Source: Lentisphaeria bacterium (GTDB lineage: Bacteria; Verrucomicrobiota; Lentisphaeria; Victivallales; UBA1829). Taken from it: 64,000 nucleotides of DNA. Below, one piece after another: positions 59,154 to 64,000 of this stretch. The translations under genes and the position numbers were made by a program. The stretch is taken from NCBI GenBank assembly GCA_017646015.1, contig JAGCNI010000010.1, positions 262-64,261 on the forward strand, in the 5' to 3' direction. A model generated the notes under the pieces. That model was not told the DNA's origin. It searched no databases and saw only the letters and a program-made list of their open reading frames with translations. The stretch's first letter is position 1. Each line of letters opens with the position of its first letter.

Positions 59154-60443
59154 TCAGTGTTCTTCGAGAGTTACATCCACGCCGAGAGCTGTCAGCTTTT
59201 CACAGATTTTTTCATAGCCGCGGAAAATAGTATCTGCATTATGAACAACGGAACGTCCTTTTGCACAGATTGCCGCCAGCACCATTGCCATTCCTGCCCG
59301 GATGTCGGGACTTGACATTTCCACTGCATGGAGTTTTGCCGGACCGGAGATCACAACACGGTGGGGGTCACAGACAACTGCATTGGCTCCCATGGCGATC
59401 AGTCGATCCACAAAATAGATGCGGCTTTCAAACATTTTTTCAAAAAAGAGTACAGAGCCCTTTGCCTGTGTGGCGCATACGATCATACAACTCATCATAT
59501 CGCTCGGAAATTGAGGCCAGGGACCGTCAGAGATCTGAGGGATCGCATTACCGAAATCCGGTTGGATCCGCATACGCTGTCCTCCGGGAACTTCAATATG
59601 ATCCGGCTGAATTTTAAATTTGACACCGATCCGTTCAAACACACGGCGAGCCATCCAGTAATCATGAGGTTTCATGATTCCTTCAATGGTGATCGGACTT
59701 TTGGTACATGCCGCCAGTGCAATGAAACTTGCCGCTTCAATGTGGTCACCTTCAACAGTGACTTCTGTTCCATGCAAGTTATCGCAACCTTTGACCTTGA
59801 TCGTATTCGAATCCAATCCGGAGATTTCTGCACCCATTCCGATGAGCATTTCACCCAGCTGACGGATATGGGGTTCAGAGGCAGCATTCCGGATGATCGT
59901 GGTTCCGGATGCTGCTGCGGCGACCATGAGAATATGCTCGGTCGCAGTCACACTGGCTTCATCCAGAAACAATTCTGTTCCGCGTAATCCGCGGGGCGTT
60001 TTTTCAAAAGTGAACGGGATTTCCTCATTTTTCAGGGGGATTCCCAGCTTTTTCAGACCGTAAAAATGAGAATCCAGACGTCTGCGTCCGATCACATCCC
60101 CGCCGGGCGGATAGAGAATTGCCGATCCGCAACGGGCAGCCAGAGGTCCGGCAAACAGGAATGAAGTGCGGAGAGCAGAACAGAGATTTCTGGGGATTTC
60201 ATTTTTGGTGACTCCGGAGGTATTGATTCTGACCGTGTTGCCACTGCGTTCCACATTGGCACCGAGAGTCTGAAGAATCTTCAACATCATATCAACGTCC
60301 AGAATTTCCGGAACGTTGTGCATGATCACATCATCTTTTGTGAGGAGGGTTGCTGCGATCATGGGGAGGACAGCATTTTTATTGCCGCCGATTTTGACAT
60401 TTCCCGAAATCCGGGATGTACCGTTGATGATCAGGCTTCGCAT
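59154..60443 (-). CDS. murA: UDP-N-acetylglucosamine 1-carboxyvinyltransferase (Asp-type active site)
   Basis: GNKNAVLP, PGGDVIGRR.LD.H, SVTATE, NAASEP, PWPQFPSD, PDIRAG, RGYE. Confidence 0.95.
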   Translation of the reverse strand: MRSLIINGTSRISGNVKIGGNKNAVLPMIAATLLTKDDVIMHNVPEILDVDMMLKILQTLGANVERSGNTVRINTSGVTKNEIPRNLCSALRTSFLFAGPLAARCGSAILYPPGGDVIGRRRLDSHFYGLKKLGIPLKNEEIPFTFEKTPRGLRGTELFLDEASVTATEHILMVAAAASGTTIIRNAASEPHIRQLGEMLIGMGAEISGLDSNTIKVKGCDNLHGTEVTVEGDHIEAASFIALAACTKSPITIEGIMKPHDYWMARRVFERIGVKFKIQPDHIEVPGGQRMRIQPDFGNAIPQISDGPWPQFPSDMMSCMIVCATQAKGSVLFFEKMFESRIYFVDRLIAMGANAVVCDPHRVVISGPAKLHAVEMSSPDIRAGMAMVLAAICAKGRSVVHNADTIFRGYEKICEKLTALGVDVTLEEH

Positions 60444-60477
60444 GGGGAATCTTCTCCGGAATGTTTTGAGTTCAAAA

Positions 60478-60537
60478 TAAAGAGAGGGGGAGAGAAAGCT
60501 ATCCCGAAGGATGATCCTCTCCCCCTCAAGGAGGGGG
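60478..60537 (-). terminator. Terminator-like hairpin between ppdK and murA, with an alternative pairing
   Basis: Minus strand GAGGGGGAGAG...CTCTCCCCCTC followed by TCTTTATTTT; internal ATCC-TTCG-GGAT. Confidence 0.6.
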
Positions 60538-60542
60538 TCTGA

Positions 60543-63308
60543 TTATTTAGACTCTGCTTCTATGGCAGCCTGAGCAGCAGCGAGTCGTGCGATAGGCACA
60601 CGGAAGGGGCTGCAGGAGACATAGTTGAGTCCCTGTGCATGACAGAATGCGACGGATTTGGGATCGCCGCCCTGTTCACCGCAGATACCGACTTTGAGGT
60701 TCTTGCTGGTGGCACGTCCTTCTTTGACTGCATGACGGATCAGAACACCGACACCACTCTGGTCGATGGTCTGGAAGGGGTCAGCAGCCAACAGTTTCTT
60801 GTCAAGATAGCTTCCGAGGAATCCGCCGATATCATCACGGCTGAAACCGAATGTCATCTGAGTCAAGTCATTGGTACCGAAGGAGAAGAAGTCTGCTTCC
60901 TCTGCCATCTGTCCTGCGAGGAGAGCGGCACGGGGGATTTCGATCATGGTACCGACCATATAGTCGATCTTTTTGATTTTAGCTTTTTTGCAGACATCTG
61001 CTGCGACAGCAGCGATGATCTTCTTCTGGTCTCTGAGTTCGGAGGGATCGCAAGTGACCGGGATCATGATTTCCGGTTTGCATTTACCGCCGTCTTTGAT
61101 GATTTCAGCTGCGCATTCGAGGATAGCGCGGATCTGCATTGCAGTGATTTCCGGATAAGTGACACCGAGGCGGACACCACGATGACCCATCATCGGGTTG
61201 TTTTCCTTGAGAGCAGCAGCGCGTTTTTCGAATTCGGAGAGAGAAATCTTGAGAGCTTTTGTGATTTCTTTCTTCTGGTCTTCGCTGTGGGGGATGAATT
61301 CATGCAGCGGGGGATCCAGGAGACGGATCGTGACAGAATTTCCATCCATGGCTTTGAGAGTTGCCATGATGTCTTTTTTGACATAGGGGAAGAGTTCGTC
61401 AAGAGCTTTGACGCGTTCTGCTTCTGTTGCGCTGAGGATCATTTTACGGAGAGCGAAGAGCGGTTTTGCTGCGCCCTGACCGTAGAACATGTGTTCAGTA
61501 CGGAAGAGGCCGATACCTTCTGCGCCGAAGCTGCGTGCGAGCTGTGCGTCTGCCGGAGTATCAGCATTGGCACGGACACCGAGTTTGCGGAAGGAGTCAG
61601 CCAGTTTCATGAATTTCTGGAAACGGGGATTTTCAGTAGCGGACATGGTAGCCAGTTCGCCGCCGTAAGCATATCCTTTTGTACCGTTGAGGCTGATGAT
61701 ATCGCCTTCTTTGAAGGAGAATTTACCAACGGAAACAGTTCCTTTGACTTCGTCGATTTTGAGTTCGCCGGCGCCGACGATACAGCATTTACCCCATCCG
61801 CGGCAAACGAGAGCAGCGTGACTGGTCATACCGCCGCGGGCAGTGAGGATACCGTCTGCAGCACGCATACCTTCAACGTCTTCCGGATTGGTTTCTTCAC
61901 GGACGAGGATGGATTTGATACCTTTGCTCTGAAGTGCAACAGCTTTTTCGGAGGTGAAAACGATCTGACCGACAGCACCGCCGGGGCCTGCGGGGAGACC
62001 TTTTGTGAAGAGCTTGCCGTCTTTTTCAGCAGCTTTTTCAGCTTTCGGGTCGAGGATCGGCAGGAGCAGTTCATAGAGCTGGTTCGGAGAAACGCGGCAG
62101 ACAGCTGTTTTTTTGTCGATCAGTTTTTCATCCAGCATGTCCATCGCCATATTGAGGGCAGCCATACCGGTACGTTTACCGACGCGGCACTGGAGCATGT
62201 AGAGTTTCTTTTCCTGGATGGTGAACTCGATATCAAGCATATCGTGATAATGTTTTTCCAGTTTTGTGCGGATTGCATCCAGTTCCTTGTAGATGGAGGG
62301 GAGCAGTTCCTGCATGGATTTGAGATGCTTGTTCTGTTCGTTTTTGGTATCTTTGTTCAGCGGGTTGGGGGTACGGGTACCGGCGACAACGTCTTCGCCC
62401 TGAGCATTGACGAGCCATTCACCGTAGAATTTATTGTCCCCGGTTGCCGGGTCACGTGTGAATGCCACACCTGTTGCGGAGGATTCACCCATGTTACCGA
62501 ACACCATACTCTGGACGTTGACGGCGGTACCCCAGTCATCCGGAATACCTTCGATTCGGCGATAGGAGACAGCTTTTTTACCGTTCCAGCTTTTGAAGAC
62601 AGCGCCGATACCGCCCCAGAGCTGCTGTTCTGCATCATCGGGGAATTCAGCTTTGAGGACTTTTTTAACGGTTTTCTTGAAGTCTTCGCAAAGTTTTTTG
62701 AGGTCAGCGACAGTCAAATCGGTGTCGGAAGCATAACCTTTTTTAGCTTTGTAAGCAGCGAGCATGTCATCGAGATGTTTGCGGATACCTTTTCCGTCAG
62801 CGGGTTCGATGCCTTCTGCTTTTTCCATGACGACGTCAGAGTACATCATGATGAGACGACGATATGCGTCATAGACGAAGCGTTCATTTTTTGTTTTCTT
62901 GATCAATCCGGGGATGGTTTTGGAGGAGAGACCGACGTTGAGGACGGTTTCCATCATACCGGGCATGGAGCTTCTTGCGCCGGAGCGGCAGGAGACCAGG
63001 AGCGGATTTTTGGGATCGCCAAAGCTCATTCCCATGATTTTTTCGACTTTTTTGAGTGCTTCGACGACTTGTTTTTCAAGTCCGGCGGGGTACTTCATCC
63101 CGGAGGTGAAGTAATCGACACAGCATTCCGTGGTGATTGTGAAACCGGCAGGCACAGGTAAATCGAGATTCGCCATTTCTGCAAGGTTTGCGCCTTTACC
63201 TCCCAGGAGGTTTTTCATTGAGGCATTGCCATCGGAGATCCCTTTTCCAAAGAGATACACGTACTTGACGTCAGCTTTTTTAGACGCCGTTGTTTTTGTT
63301 TTTGCCAT
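60543..63308 (-). CDS. ppdK: Pyruvate, phosphate dikinase
   Basis: LLGGKGANLAEM, SMPGMMETVLN, GGMTSHAA (phospho-His), GIGLFRTEHM, FSFGTNDLTQ, GICGE.GGDP. Confidence 0.97.
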   Translation of the reverse strand: MAKTKTTASKKADVKYVYLFGKGISDGNASMKNLLGGKGANLAEMANLDLPVPAGFTITTECCVDYFTSGMKYPAGLEKQVVEALKKVEKIMGMSFGDPKNPLLVSCRSGARSSMPGMMETVLNVGLSSKTIPGLIKKTKNERFVYDAYRRLIMMYSDVVMEKAEGIEPADGKGIRKHLDDMLAAYKAKKGYASDTDLTVADLKKLCEDFKKTVKKVLKAEFPDDAEQQLWGGIGAVFKSWNGKKAVSYRRIEGIPDDWGTAVNVQSMVFGNMGESSATGVAFTRDPATGDNKFYGEWLVNAQGEDVVAGTRTPNPLNKDTKNEQNKHLKSMQELLPSIYKELDAIRTKLEKHYHDMLDIEFTIQEKKLYMLQCRVGKRTGMAALNMAMDMLDEKLIDKKTAVCRVSPNQLYELLLPILDPKAEKAAEKDGKLFTKGLPAGPGGAVGQIVFTSEKAVALQSKGIKSILVREETNPEDVEGMRAADGILTARGGMTSHAALVCRGWGKCCIVGAGELKIDEVKGTVSVGKFSFKEGDIISLNGTKGYAYGGELATMSATENPRFQKFMKLADSFRKLGVRANADTPADAQLARSFGAEGIGLFRTEHMFYGQGAAKPLFALRKMILSATEAERVKALDELFPYVKKDIMATLKAMDGNSVTIRLLDPPLHEFIPHSEDQKKEITKALKISLSEFEKRAAALKENNPMMGHRGVRLGVTYPEITAMQIRAILECAAEIIKDGGKCKPEIMIPVTCDPSELRDQKKIIAAVAADVCKKAKIKKIDYMVGTMIEIPRAALLAGQMAEEADFFSFGTNDLTQMTFGFSRDDIGGFLGSYLDKKLLAADPFQTIDQSGVGVLIRHAVKEGRATSKNLKVGICGEQGGDPKSVAFCHAQGLNYVSCSPFRVPIARLAAAQAAIEAESK

Positions 63309-63377
63309 TTCTTTTTTCCCTTTCAAATGATTTTACAATGGATTCGGCAAAAGATATATTTTATTATAACAATGTAG

Positions 63378-63836
63378 TTAAAATTTCTGAAATGCTTTGA
63401 TCAGTTCTGCTTTTTTCAAATTCACCGCATGATTGATCATGACAAATGAACCGTTGACTTCCGCCTCGAATCTGACCCCGTTTATATAAAGCTGCCCTGT
63501 TTTACGGATATGCTCGACTTTGTTGCGCTGTTTCTTCAAGGTCAGATCATATTTGTAAAAAGCAACTTCTTTTCCTTCCAAGGCTATTGAGACACCTTCC
63601 ACAGCTTTGACCGGAGGAACAAACATATTTCCGGCAAATGTGCCGCCGACATTCCGGATCATGTGAGCCATGAGATCCTTGATCGAACGGTCATTGTTTT
63701 TATCAGGATCGATTCCGGCACAGGCTGCGAACATTACTGCTGTCAGCATCAGAAAGGCAAAAAGCACAATCTTTCCGATGGGACCGGCTTTACTCAAAAA
63801 TGATGTAATACGCATATTTTTTCCTGTCGTAATCAT
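63378..63836 (-). CDS. Hypothetical lipoprotein (alternative start 63815)
   Basis: Hydrophobic N-terminus ending in the lipobox-like FAAC; no recognised family. Confidence 0.6.
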   Translation of the reverse strand: MITTGKNMRITSFLSKAGPIGKIVLFAFLMLTAVMFAACAGIDPDKNNDRSIKDLMAHMIRNVGGTFAGNMFVPPVKAVEGVSIALEGKEVAFYKYDLTLKKQRNKVEHIRKTGQLYINGVRFEAEVNGSFVMINHAVNLKKAELIKAFQKF

Positions 63837-63898
63837 GTTCTGATGTCACAATATAAACTTAGATTAAGTAATCTATCAGTATTTTTTTACTTTTCAAG

Positions 63899-63927
63899 TT
63901 GCAAATCCCCGGTTTACAGAATATATT
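63899..63927 (+). promoter_or_regulatory. Putative sigma70 promoter of a gene starting at the window end (ATG 63989)
   Basis: TTGCAA-17 bp-TATATT, then AGGGA and ATG. Confidence 0.4.
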
Positions 63928-64000
63928 AACGTTTTTTAATATAAAAAACTCAGAAAGTACAATAAAAAACAGGATTCAGCAGGGATTTATGAAACATACA

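Noticed and set aside
60639-63161. 840-aa plus-strand ORF antisense to ppdK
   Set aside because: Shadow ORF caused by the biased codon usage of a highly expressed gene (few TTA/CTA/TCA codons); no recognisable motifs.
1-64000. CRISPR array, rRNA, IS elements, or genome-wide stop-codon reassignment
   Set aside because: No regularly spaced repeats, rRNA-like tracts or transposases recognised. TGA and TAA terminate conserved genes at expected positions, and one in-frame TAG is not enough to claim a changed genetic code.
63989-64000. Start of a further CDS (ATG AAA CAT ACA)
   Set aside because: Only four codons fall inside the window, so it cannot be called.

Overview
A gene-dense stretch of bacterial core chromosome: 56 CDSs and one tRNA-Gln(CTG), with no CRISPR array, transposase or prophage recognised. 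A DUF4838 protein, a prepilin-type N-methylation protein, GntR/LacI hybrid regulators, Rnf and PPDK suggest an anaerobic PVC-superphylum organism, most likely Lentisphaeria (inference). Housekeeping genes include rlmI, rpsA, an lpxL-like gene, dusB, rsmE, xerC, an RpoD-like sigma factor, rnfABCDGE, cls, tcdA, leuB, rnc, murA and ppdK. Main observations: (1) The ftsQ-like gene is the only one of the 56 CDSs ending in TAG. Its frame continues for 26 FtsQ-like codons to a TGA overlapping the next ATG, and a hairpin directly follows the amber, so this could be readthrough/recoding or an assembly error. (2) A tightly coupled five-gene operon (PPIase, processive GT2, pseudopilin, DUF5060 glycoside hydrolase, PA14 protein) looks like an uncharacterised surface-glycan synthesis system; its first gene is frameshifted. 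(3) The palindrome TCCGGA is strongly over-represented in all reading frames, and an orphan DNA methyltransferase lies in the ftsQ operon. (4) MurA has the Cys-to-Asp, fosfomycin-insensitive active site. (5) RnfD has a duplicated flavinylation motif. (6) Competing hairpins lie between ppdK and murA. Family calls come from motif recognition by eye; no database searches were run.
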